Virus record (IMG/VR): IMGVR_UViG_3300037470_000191
Span: 1-25,949 of that record
Reading direction: 5' to 3' (one strand)
Source: a virus
Taxonomy: Duplodnaviria > Caudoviricetes
DNA length: 25,949 nucleotides
A program made the translations under genes and the position numbers. The notes under the pieces are model-generated. The model was not told where the DNA came from. It saw only the letters and a list, made by a program, of their open reading frames with translations, and did not search any database. Positions 1-6,493 of the stretch are shown here, in pieces; positions within the stretch are counted from its first letter, which is position 1; each line of letters starts with the position of its first letter.

Positions 1-171
1 GGCTCTGTCTATGTCTGGGAGGGCGCAACCCTCACCCTCGATGCGCTGGCGGAATGCGGCTATGTCGATGTCGGGAAGGGCGCAACCCTCACCCTCGATG
101 CGCTGGCGAAATGCGGCAATGTCTATGTCGGGGAGGGCGCAACCCTCACAGCCAACGCGCTGGCGACAGTT
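1..171 (+). repeat. Three tandem 57-bp coding repeats (more may lie upstream of the window)
   Basis: Units are 1-57, 58-114 and 115-171. Units 1 and 2 differ at 5 of 57 nt. Unit 3 diverges at its 3' end. Confidence 0.95.
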
Positions 172-636
172 TCTCACCTCGCCTACAACACCGATTTTCT
201 TAATTTCAAAGTCGAGGTTTTTGACGGTATCGGATGCGTCGTCACGTCCACAAAAACCCGCGATGACATTACGATCCGCTCTTGCCGCAAGGCGGCGTTC
301 AAGGACGGCGAACTTGTTGGTAACCGGATGTATGTCGTCTCGCAAGGCGAACATAATGCGCATGGCGAGACGCTGGAATCGGCGCTTGCTGATCTGTCCT
401 TCAAGACGGCGGATCGGGATATGTCCAAATACCGCGACATGCCCGCCGATACGGTCAAAACGCCGCACGAATGGGCTGTTGTCTATCGCGTTGTGACGGG
501 CGCTTGCCAGTATGGAACGGAGCAGTTCATTAAGCAAAAGGGCAAGCTCAAGGCCATATACACACTGACGGAAATCATCGAGGAAACGCGCGGCGCTTAT
601 GGCTCTGAGCGGTTCCGCGATGTTGTAGGAGTTTGA
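1..636 (+). CDS. 5'-truncated phage protein with 19-aa LRR-like/solenoid repeats and a C-terminal AHGETL...YRVVTGAC domain
   Basis: Frame 1 is open from base 1 (GSVYVWEGATLTLDALAEC GYVDVGKGATLTLDALAKC GNVYVGEGATLTANALATV...) and runs in frame into the listed 328..636 ORF. TGA is at 634-636. Confidence 0.85.
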   Translation, partial: GSVYVWEGATLTLDALAECGYVDVGKGATLTLDALAKCGNVYVGEGATLTANALATVSHLAYNTDFLNFKVEVFDGIGCVVTSTKTRDDITIRSCRKAAFKDGELVGNRMYVVSQGEHNAHGETLESALADLSFKTADRDMSKYRDMPADTVKTPHEWAVVYRVVTGACQYGTEQFIKQKGKLKAIYTLTEIIEETRGAYGSERFRDVVGV

Positions 637-638
637 AA

Positions 639-818
639 ATGACTGAGTTCATCACATCCCCCGGCTTTCTGACTTTTGCCGTTTATGCTGTTGGCGGGGC
701 AACTGGCTTGTTCCTACTGGCGTTCTTTGCCAGGCGGAAACCGGAGACACGCAGCGCAGCGGGCGCATACATGATCGCGCACAGGATTGACGAACTAACG
801 CCGGGAGGAATGAAATGA
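639..818 (+). CDS. small membrane protein (one predicted TM helix followed by RRK)
   Basis: AGGAG at 627-631 precedes ATG 639. Hydrophobic stretch FLTFAVYAVGGATGLFLLAFFA. ATGA overlap with the next gene. Confidence 0.7.
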   Translation: MTEFITSPGFLTFAVYAVGGATGLFLLAFFARRKPETRSAAGAYMIAHRIDELTPGGMK

Positions 819-1042
819 CAAAATATCGCGCAATTGTATCAATCACGTTTGACGACGCCGATCTGCAAGAGATCGCCAATGCGTTTGGCGTGGGCAATAT
901 TGATCCTCACGAAGCTCTAAATGGATCGCTTGATAATTTAGATCTCGGCTCCGGTTGGATAGAGCAACTATTTGCCGATGGTAACCCGCAAATATGCCGA
1001 ATGAGCGGCGGCATTGACGTTGAGGTGGATTATCATGACTGA
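815..1042 (+). CDS. hypothetical acidic phage protein
   Basis: GGAGG RBS, ATGA coupling with the previous gene and overlap with the next. Confidence 0.75.
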   Translation: MTKYRAIVSITFDDADLQEIANAFGVGNIDPHEALNGSLDNLDLGSGWIEQLFADGNPQICRMSGGIDVEVDYHD

Positions 1043-1250
1043 GAAAGGCTACGCAATCAAGTTCCCGGCCAGCTTCGAGAACGAAATCAACCTCAACTAC
1101 ACCGGCTTTGACGAGGATCGCGTGAAGGAGCGGTTCTGCGAGGACTACCACGATCCGACATATGGCGAACAGAGCATTGATGAAACATGGGCGCGGCTCT
1201 ACGGCCTCGGCTGGCGGATTGTCCAGATTGAAGTAAAGGAAATCACATGA
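1035..1250 (+). CDS. hypothetical phage protein
   Basis: GAGGTGG precedes ATG 1035 (MTEKGY...). ATGA overlap with 1247. Confidence 0.75.
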   Translation: MTEKGYAIKFPASFENEINLNYTGFDEDRVKERFCEDYHDPTYGEQSIDETWARLYGLGWRIVQIEVKEIT

Positions 1251-1453
1251 CGTGGCAATTGATTGAGACAGCGCCGAGGGACGGGACGCGCCTATTGGTA
1301 TATAGAGGTAATGAGGTCGGCTATGAACACCTGCTCGTAGGAATCGATTTCTGGAAGAAGGATTGTTGGTACCGCTCTCGTCGCGACATGGTTCCCACAC
1401 ACTGGATGCCCATCCCAGCCCCACCAAGAGCAGCAAATCAAAGCAGGATGTAG
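1247..1453 (+). CDS. DUF551-family phage protein
   Basis: N-terminal WQLIETAPRDGT and C-terminal PTHWMPIPAPP are the characteristic DUF551 motifs. Confidence 0.85.
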   Translation: MTWQLIETAPRDGTRLLVYRGNEVGYEHLLVGIDFWKKDCWYRSRRDMVPTHWMPIPAPPRAANQSRM

Positions 1454-1662
1454 ATCGCCTGATTGATCGCGACGGAAACGAGTGTTTCTTTTGCGGCAAC
1501 CAGTTCACTGACGAAGACCCCGCGACACTTGAGCATCTTGTTGCGCGGCGACATGGAGGACCGGATCATATGAGCAATTATGCGCTGGCGCATGAGGCTT
1601 GCAATCGTAAGGCGGACACTCTGTCTGTCGTCGAGAAGGTAGCGATGAGGGTGAAGAAATGA
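1363..1662 (+). CDS. HNH endonuclease (start codon uncertain)
   Basis: RDGNECFFCG...TLEHLVARRHGGPDHMSNYALAHEACNRK is an McrA-type HNH signature. Confidence 0.85.
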   Translation: MLVPLSSRHGSHTLDAHPSPTKSSKSKQDVDRLIDRDGNECFFCGNQFTDEDPATLEHLVARRHGGPDHMSNYALAHEACNRKADTLSVVEKVAMRVKK

Positions 1663-1811
1663 CCCTGCACAGCCTAACAGAATTCCGCACCTTCGAGGAA
1701 GCATTCGACACCGTGCGCAACAGCCCGGACTGGAACGCCCGCCCGGAGGAAGTGCAACAGCGGATCGCGAAGGAGGCGGAACGACGGAAACCACGGGAGA
1801 ACGATCAATGA
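1659..1811 (+). CDS. 50-aa hypothetical protein (not in the supplied ORF track)
   Basis: Own translation: MTLHSLTEFRTFEEAFDTVRNSPDWNARPEEVQQRIAKEAERRKPRENDQ. ATGA overlaps at both ends, with GAGGGTG upstream. Confidence 0.75.
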   Translation: MTLHSLTEFRTFEEAFDTVRNSPDWNARPEEVQQRIAKEAERRKPRENDQ

Positions 1812-2002
1812 CAAACCTTGAAAAAACCTTCCTCGACAGCCTTGGCGGAGACGTGCGCCGGGCGTGGGATCAGGGCCACCTTGTGCCCTGTGATGAATGT
1901 GATGACGGCGGAATCCCCGTCATGCACGGCAACACGATCAGGGTGATTCCCTGCGAGAAATGCGGCGGAACCGGATATATGATGGAGAAAACAGATGACT
2001 GA
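1808..2002 (+). CDS. small zinc-finger protein
   Basis: CDEC...CEKCGGTG (CxxC / CxxCxGxG). Coupled to both neighbours. Confidence 0.75.
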   Translation: MTNLEKTFLDSLGGDVRRAWDQGHLVPCDECDDGGIPVMHGNTIRVIPCEKCGGTGYMMEKTDD

Positions 2003-2714
2003 AGTTGCGAAGATTGAGGAAGAAGTTCAAGCCACATCCCTTATGGAGATTATAAGCCGGGCGTCTCGCGATCCGAACACGGACGTTGAAAAGCTGGAAA
2101 GGGTTATGGCTCTATACGAGCGGATAACAAGCCATACGGCGGAGCAGGCCTTCAATACCTCTATGAAGGCGGCGCAAGAGGAAATGGGGCAGATATCCAC
2201 CGATATGTACAACGATCAAACCAAGAGCAAATATGCCTCGTATGCCGCGATGGACAGGGCATTAAGGCCTATCTACACCAAGCATGGATTTTCCGTCAGT
2301 TTTGATGAGGGAGACACGGATAAGCCAGACCATATTCGTGTGCTTGCCTATGTTGCGCATGATGGTGGATTCACGCGCACATATCGAAAGGACATGCCTG
2401 CGGATGGCAAGGGTGCAAAGGGCGGTAATGCGATGACATTGACGCATGCGTCAGGAGCTGCCGATACGTATGGCATGCGCTATTTGCTCAAGAAGATATT
2501 CAATGTCGCGGTTGGCGAGGATGATAACGACGGGAACACCGTTCAGCTCATCTCCGCAGACCAGAAAGAGCGGATTATCGCGCTTATGAAGGAGACCAAT
2601 ACCGAAACCACCCCCTTCCTGAAATACCTCAAGGTTTCGGCGCTGGATGAATTGCCCGCCATCAAATTCCAGGGGGCAATCTCCGCGCTGAATGAAAAGA
2701 AGGTGCGGTCATGA
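1995..2714 (+). CDS. erf: ERF-family single-strand annealing protein
   Basis: SKYASY motif, plus GAADTYGMRYLLKKIFNVAVGEDDNDG matching the ERF GSxxTYxxRY...EDDDG signature. Adjacent to an exonuclease. Confidence 0.9.
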   Translation: MTEVAKIEEEVQATSLMEIISRASRDPNTDVEKLERVMALYERITSHTAEQAFNTSMKAAQEEMGQISTDMYNDQTKSKYASYAAMDRALRPIYTKHGFSVSFDEGDTDKPDHIRVLAYVAHDGGFTRTYRKDMPADGKGAKGGNAMTLTHASGAADTYGMRYLLKKIFNVAVGEDDNDGNTVQLISADQKERIIALMKETNTETTPFLKYLKVSALDELPAIKFQGAISALNEKKVRS

Positions 2715-3340
2715 TTATCAGCAACGTGCCGCAGAATAGCCCTGACTGGTACGCGCTCAGAATCGGCCTGCCGACAGCCTCCTGTTTTGACAATCTTGTC
2801 ACGTCAACAGGAAAGCCGTCAAAGGCGATTGATACCTACGCCAGAACGCTGGCGGCGGAGAAGTTCGTCAGCGAGCGGGTTGACCCGTGGGCAGGTAATA
2901 CCGCTTCGGACAGGGGCCATGCGCTTGAGGAGGACGCGGCGGCCTACTATGAATTCACGCGCGACGTTACGCTTGATCCCGGAGGATTTATCACCAATGA
3001 CGCACGGACCATGGGCTGCTCTCCTGACAGGCTGGTCGGGAGTGACGGCATTCTCGAAATAAAATGCCTCAAGGCCGAAAACCATATCAAGGCGATGGAG
3101 TATGTCAGGATCGAAAAAACATGTCCGCCGGATTACATGCCGCAAACGCAGGGCCAGTTGATGATCTGCGAGAGAGAGTGGCTTGACCTGCTTTTCTATC
3201 ACGATGTATTGCCGCCGGTTTCAATCCGCCTGTCACCGGACAGGGATATCTGGGAAATGCTGGAATCGCAAGTGGCGGTCCTGTCGGCCCGGAGGGATGA
3301 GCTGTTCGCGATGCTTGAGGCGCAAAAGGAGGCAACATGA
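2711..3340 (+). CDS. YqaJ/lambda-exonuclease family protein
   Basis: QNSPDWYALRIGLPTAS, RGHALE, GCSPDRLV...LEIKC and YMPQTQGQL motifs. Confidence 0.93.
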   Translation: MIISNVPQNSPDWYALRIGLPTASCFDNLVTSTGKPSKAIDTYARTLAAEKFVSERVDPWAGNTASDRGHALEEDAAAYYEFTRDVTLDPGGFITNDARTMGCSPDRLVGSDGILEIKCLKAENHIKAMEYVRIEKTCPPDYMPQTQGQLMICEREWLDLLFYHDVLPPVSIRLSPDRDIWEMLESQVAVLSARRDELFAMLEAQKEAT

Positions 3341-3609
3341 CTTACGTAAAAGCCATACTCAAAATTCTGGCGGAGAAAGGGCCGATGGATATGGAGGATA
3401 TCCATCGCGAGGTTCCGCGTATGCCTCTGGGGAGCCTAAATCCCACCCTGAACCGGCTTTGCCGCGAGGGGCGCTTGATGCGGGCTGGGCATGGAATTTA
3501 TGGTACAGGGCCGCTGGTGACGGACCTGAAGGCCTTGCAGAAGCTTTGCGAGGCGCAGGAAAAGGAAATCGCGCGATTGAAGGGGAAAAATCTTAATGCG
3601 CCGGCATAG
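3337..3609 (+). CDS. putative winged-helix DNA-binding protein with C-terminal coiled coil
   Basis: ILKILAEKGPM...SLNPTLNRLCREGRLMRAGHGIY resembles a wHTH. Heptad-like tail. Confidence 0.65.
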   Translation: MTYVKAILKILAEKGPMDMEDIHREVPRMPLGSLNPTLNRLCREGRLMRAGHGIYGTGPLVTDLKALQKLCEAQEKEIARLKGKNLNAPA

Positions 3610-3934
3610 ATTAAAGAAAAAGCATACGCCCGTTGATACGTCGGATTTTGCTCACCCAAAGCCCCATAAGCACAGGGATGATGCGTATCTCAAGAGCTAT
3701 AAGGGGAGGACCTGCCGGGCCTGCGGACGCCGGGACGGAACCGTCGTGGGAGCGCACATTAATTACATGAATTTCGGGGCGCAATCAAGAAACCATGACT
3801 ATTACACGGCGGCGCTTTGCGGCGCCTGTCACAGGTCGCACGATACATGGCCTGGCGGGATCGCGGACTGGTGGATGGCGCACATTATTCTGCCTGCGCT
3901 CAAACGTGATTATGAGGCTTGGAAATCGCAATGA
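3596..3934 (+). CDS. Zn-binding HNH-like nuclease (DUF968/DUF1364-like)
   Basis: CRACG...VVGAH...HDYYTAALCGACH pattern. Confidence 0.75.
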   Translation: MRRHRLKKKHTPVDTSDFAHPKPHKHRDDAYLKSYKGRTCRACGRRDGTVVGAHINYMNFGAQSRNHDYYTAALCGACHRSHDTWPGGIADWWMAHIILPALKRDYEAWKSQ

Positions 3935-4371
3935 CCACAATCACAAGGACCATAGAAACCGCGACCGACCGGGATATGGCGATTCACCTTATCAACGCCC
4001 GCGCGGTTCCGTTCACGCTCCAGCTTTTTGACGGCAGGCGGCGGTCCACCGAACAAAACCGGCTTCAACGGTTGTGGATAAACGAGATATCGCAACAGCT
4101 TGGCGACAGGACGCCGGAGGAGGTCCGCGCGGAATGCAAGCTTACGATAGGGGTTCCGATACTGCGGGCGCATAACGAGGCATTCAGGGAGCAGTATGAC
4201 GCAGTTGTCCGCCCGATGACCTATGAGCAGAAACTCGCGCTTATGGCGGAGCCGCTGGATTTTTCAGTAACGCGGCTCATGACGACGAAACAAAAGACCG
4301 AATACCTGGATACCATCGTCCGCACGTACAGCGAGCAGGGCGTGGTTCTTACAATGCCGGAAGGAGCTTAA
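3931..4371 (+). CDS. ninB: NinB/YbcN-like recombination protein
   Basis: RRSTEQNRLQRLWINEISQQ and a C-terminal TRLMTTKQKTEYLDTI resemble NinB-family motifs. ATGA overlap at 3931-3934. Confidence 0.7.
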   Translation: MTTITRTIETATDRDMAIHLINARAVPFTLQLFDGRRRSTEQNRLQRLWINEISQQLGDRTPEEVRAECKLTIGVPILRAHNEAFREQYDAVVRPMTYEQKLALMAEPLDFSVTRLMTTKQKTEYLDTIVRTYSEQGVVLTMPEGA

Positions 4372-4373
4372 TA

Positions 4374-4562
4374 ATGAACCCGATGCCATGCAAGAAATGT
4401 GACGGTGATTCCACTCCGATTGTTTGGGGCGGCTCACATATCAAATCATTCGTCGAGTGCCAGAACTGCGGGCATTTCGTGGAAACTCAATACCTAAAAA
4501 CCGCCATTAAAAAATGGAACGCAGAAATGACGAGAATACAGGAAAGGGCAACCGATGACTGA
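4374..4562 (+). CDS. Lar-like restriction alleviation / zinc-ribbon protein
   Basis: MPCKKCDG...VECQNCG...AIKKWN matches the Lar-family PCxxCG...CxxCG...AIxxWN pattern. Confidence 0.75.
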   Translation: MNPMPCKKCDGDSTPIVWGGSHIKSFVECQNCGHFVETQYLKTAIKKWNAEMTRIQERATDD

Positions 4563-4878
4563 ACTCACAGAGAAAGAGCCGACGGACATTAAACTCTACG
4601 AATTACTCAGGAGTATAGTCACGGACGCAGGCGGATGCCAATCGCAAAAACTGCGAGGCATTTGTTGCGCCCCAGATGAATATTGCAGCTGCGCCTGTAA
4701 TGCATACGACAGAATTGTCGCATCCGGCTACGCGATTGTGCCACTGGACCCAGAACCGAAATTTCTGGAAGATATCGGTCCAATGGAAGGATTTGATTGT
4801 GATGCTTATGAGGAAGATATTGATCGTCCGCATATGGAGTGGTTGAAAGAAGCCATCAAAGCACTAACGGAGAAATAA
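4555..4878 (+). CDS. hypothetical protein with a Cys cluster
   Basis: Overlaps the previous gene. Contains GCQ...ICCAPDEYCSCAC. Confidence 0.7.
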   Translation: MTELTEKEPTDIKLYELLRSIVTDAGGCQSQKLRGICCAPDEYCSCACNAYDRIVASGYAIVPLDPEPKFLEDIGPMEGFDCDAYEEDIDRPHMEWLKEAIKALTEK

Positions 4879-4880
4879 AA

Positions 4881-5111
4881 ATGAAAGTTAATTTTGGCGC
4901 GTTAGCTCCAACATTGCGTGAGCAAATTTCGAATATTTCTGATAAGGACGCTGAAACTTTTGACGCTCACAATAGAGCTATTAATCTCCTAAAAATACAC
5001 GGACTTATGACGGAAGCAGAAGCACATAAGATACGGTTGCGTCTTATAAAGAAAATATCAGTCGCATCACGAAAGTTCGATAAAGAAATAACTGGTAAGA
5101 ATGTTGAATAA
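4881..5111 (+). CDS. AT-rich hypothetical helical protein
   Basis: GGAG upstream of ATG 4881 (MKVNFGALAPTLREQ...). Visibly lower GC than the flanking genes. Confidence 0.7.
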   Translation: MKVNFGALAPTLREQISNISDKDAETFDAHNRAINLLKIHGLMTEAEAHKIRLRLIKKISVASRKFDKEITGKNVE

Positions 5112-5187
5112 AATTTTATGTCTTTTTGGATTTCATGATTGGAAACAAGTTCGAATCTTGTTACGCCCACCATTTCCAAGATATTGA
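5101..5187 (+). pseudogene. probably truncated DUF1660-like small protein (28 aa)
   Basis: Own translation: MLNKILCLFGFHDWKQVRILLRPPFPRY*. The CxxGxHxW N-terminal motif is present. The usual downstream CxxC is missing, and the frame runs into the tRNA fragment. Confidence 0.5.
5145..5172 (+). other. tRNA 3'-end fragment, candidate attP core (tRNA-Val-like)
   Basis: ACAAG-TTCGAAT-CTTGT is a perfect T-stem and loop, followed by a 7-nt acceptor strand TACGCCC, discriminator A and CCA. There is no 5' half upstream. Confidence 0.8.
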
Positions 5188-5195
5188 TTTAGACA

Positions 5196-5230
5196 CAAAA
5201 ATAGCGCCCGAAGCTCTCGCCCCGGACGCT
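5196..5230 (-). terminator. intrinsic terminator ending the late/lysis operon
   Basis: Minus strand reads AGCGTCCGGGGC-GAGA-GCTTCGGGCGCT-ATTTTTG: a 12-bp stem with G:U pairs, a GNRA loop and a U tract. Confidence 0.75.
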
Positions 5231-5292
5231 CTCATAATTTAAATCAGTGAAGGTTTCGGTGAAGCTACCGCACTGCGGCAGGAATAATTTTC

Positions 5293-5493
5293 CTAACCAT
5301 CAGTCGCTTTTGCGATAGCGGCGTCCAGCGCTGCCTTGGCAACCGTATGATCGGCAATCATGGCGTCCACTTCAACGACAACCTCATCCAGCGTCTTTTC
5401 GCCCGACGCGATTTGCTCCTGGTAATTTGCATACATCGTGATGCCGCCGCTCACGGCAAGCTCGATCATTTTTGCGACAAGGACCGGATCCAT
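5293..5493 (-). CDS. small helical protein, last gene of the lysis cassette
   Basis: One-base stop/start overlap with the upstream lipoprotein gene, with a GGAGG RBS. Confidence 0.75.
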   Translation of the reverse strand: MDPVLVAKMIELAVSGGITMYANYQEQIASGEKTLDEVVVEVDAMIADHTVAKAALDAAIAKATDG

Positions 5494-5795
5494 TATTTCG
5501 CCTCCGTCAAGATGGTTGTAAGATAGACAGCTTGGCTGGCAACCAGCGCCGCCGCGTTTGGAATGTCCGGATCAAGGATGAACTGCCTGTTCGTGCAGAT
5601 CGCTGAAATGGAATCGCTTGCCGCCTTGATATGCTGCAGGGTGTCCCTGTTCGAGATTGTTCCGTCGTCAATCATCGGCGTGAGCAGCCTGTAAGCCGCC
5701 GTGGCGTCCTTGCAGCCCGCAATCAAGGACTGTGTCGGGGAAAGTGTGGTGCAGGCGCTGACGGCCAGCACAGCCAGAATGAGGGCATATTTCAT
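5493..5795 (-). CDS. lipoprotein in the lysis cassette (candidate o-spanin-like protein)
   Basis: MKYALILAVLAVSA-C is a signal peptide II/lipobox. There are two further Cys. Confidence 0.8.
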   Translation of the reverse strand: MKYALILAVLAVSACTTLSPTQSLIAGCKDATAAYRLLTPMIDDGTISNRDTLQHIKAASDSISAICTNRQFILDPDIPNAAALVASQAVYLTTILTEAK

Positions 5796-5962
5796 TTGGC
5801 ACCCCCGATCCCGGCGCGGATGGTGACGCCCATGACAATGGCAAAGACCTGCTCAATCATGGTGGCGAGGTCCTGTTCTTCCGTCAGATAAGCGCCCGCC
5901 GCGACGACAATCGCAACAACCGCGGTGATGTAGGTTTTCTTGCCTTTAAGTGCGTCAAGCAT
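5792..5962 (-). CDS. putative small 2-TM holin (not in the supplied ORF track)
   Basis: Own translation: MLDALKGKKTYITAVVAIVVAAGAYLTEEQDLATMIEQVFAIVMGVTIRAGIGGAK. AAGGA RBS and ATGA overlap with the lipoprotein gene. Confidence 0.75.
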   Translation of the reverse strand: MLDALKGKKTYITAVVAIVVAAGAYLTEEQDLATMIEQVFAIVMGVTIRAGIGGAK

Positions 5963-5974
5963 GATATTTTCCTT

Positions 5975-6493
5975 TCAGCTTTCGTTGGTGGAGAGTTTTC
6001 CGCCGCCCGTGATCAGCGGCAGGTCATAGCGCCAGGGGTATGGCCAGATCCCCGGCCAGCGGTAGCCGAGGACGCGCGCGCGCGCGAAGGGGCGGATACT
6101 GACGGCATCGCCCTGGTTGCCGCCCAGCACCATCAGGTTGCCGTGCTCATCCTCGCCAACGACAAAGCCGACATGGCCGGACCAGCCGTCGGGCTTGCCG
6201 CGCCAGAAGATGACGATGCACCCAAGCGCCGAGCGGTGCAGATGCGCGCCGAGTTTGAGGTAGGACCGGGCGGCGGGGGAGCGGGTCGATTTGAGACTGC
6301 ACTCCTCAAGCACGCCGCCGACGAAGGCGGCGCACCATGGCGTTTCATCGTCCCGGAAATGCGACCCTATCTTTTTCCACCAGCGAATGATATTCTCATT
6401 GTGATGCGGGCCTTTTATCTCCTCGACGCCGATATATTTCCGGGCCTCGTCCAGCCAGTAGGGGCCGACCTTGTTGCGCGGGTCTGTCATCAC
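5975..6493 (-). CDS. TIGR02594-family (NlpC/P60/CHAP-like) peptidoglycan hydrolase, putative endolysin
   Basis: PYWLDEARKYIGVEEIKG, DDETPWCAAFV, GHVGFV, VLGGNQ and GYRWP motifs. Confidence 0.9.
   Translation of the reverse strand: MMTDPRNKVGPYWLDEARKYIGVEEIKGPHHNENIIRWWKKIGSHFRDDETPWCAAFVGGVLEECSLKSTRSPAARSYLKLGAHLHRSALGCIVIFWRGKPDGWSGHVGFVVGEDEHGNLMVLGGNQGDAVSIRPFARARVLGYRWPGIWPYPWRYDLPLITGGGKLSTNES

Noticed and set aside
1-171. Possible CRISPR array
   Set aside because: The units are contiguous 57-bp in-frame coding repeats with no unique spacers, and no cas genes are present.
11-496. 161-aa ORF with MSGRAQPSPSMRWRNAA repeats
   Set aside because: It is an alternate-frame reading of the 57-bp repeats. 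Frame 1 gives a sensible protein that continues into the 328..636 ORF.
843-1508. 221-aa minus-strand ORF
   Set aside because: It is antisense to several coupled + strand genes that have RBSs, two of them with known motifs.
5097-5172. Complete tRNA gene
   Set aside because: There is no GGGCGTA-like 5' acceptor strand, D-arm or anticodon arm upstream. Only the 3' 28 nt are tRNA-like.
4967-5179. Minus-strand 70-aa ORF starting MEMVGVTRFEL
   Set aside because: This is the typical antisense translation of a tRNA 3' end, and it overlaps + strand genes.
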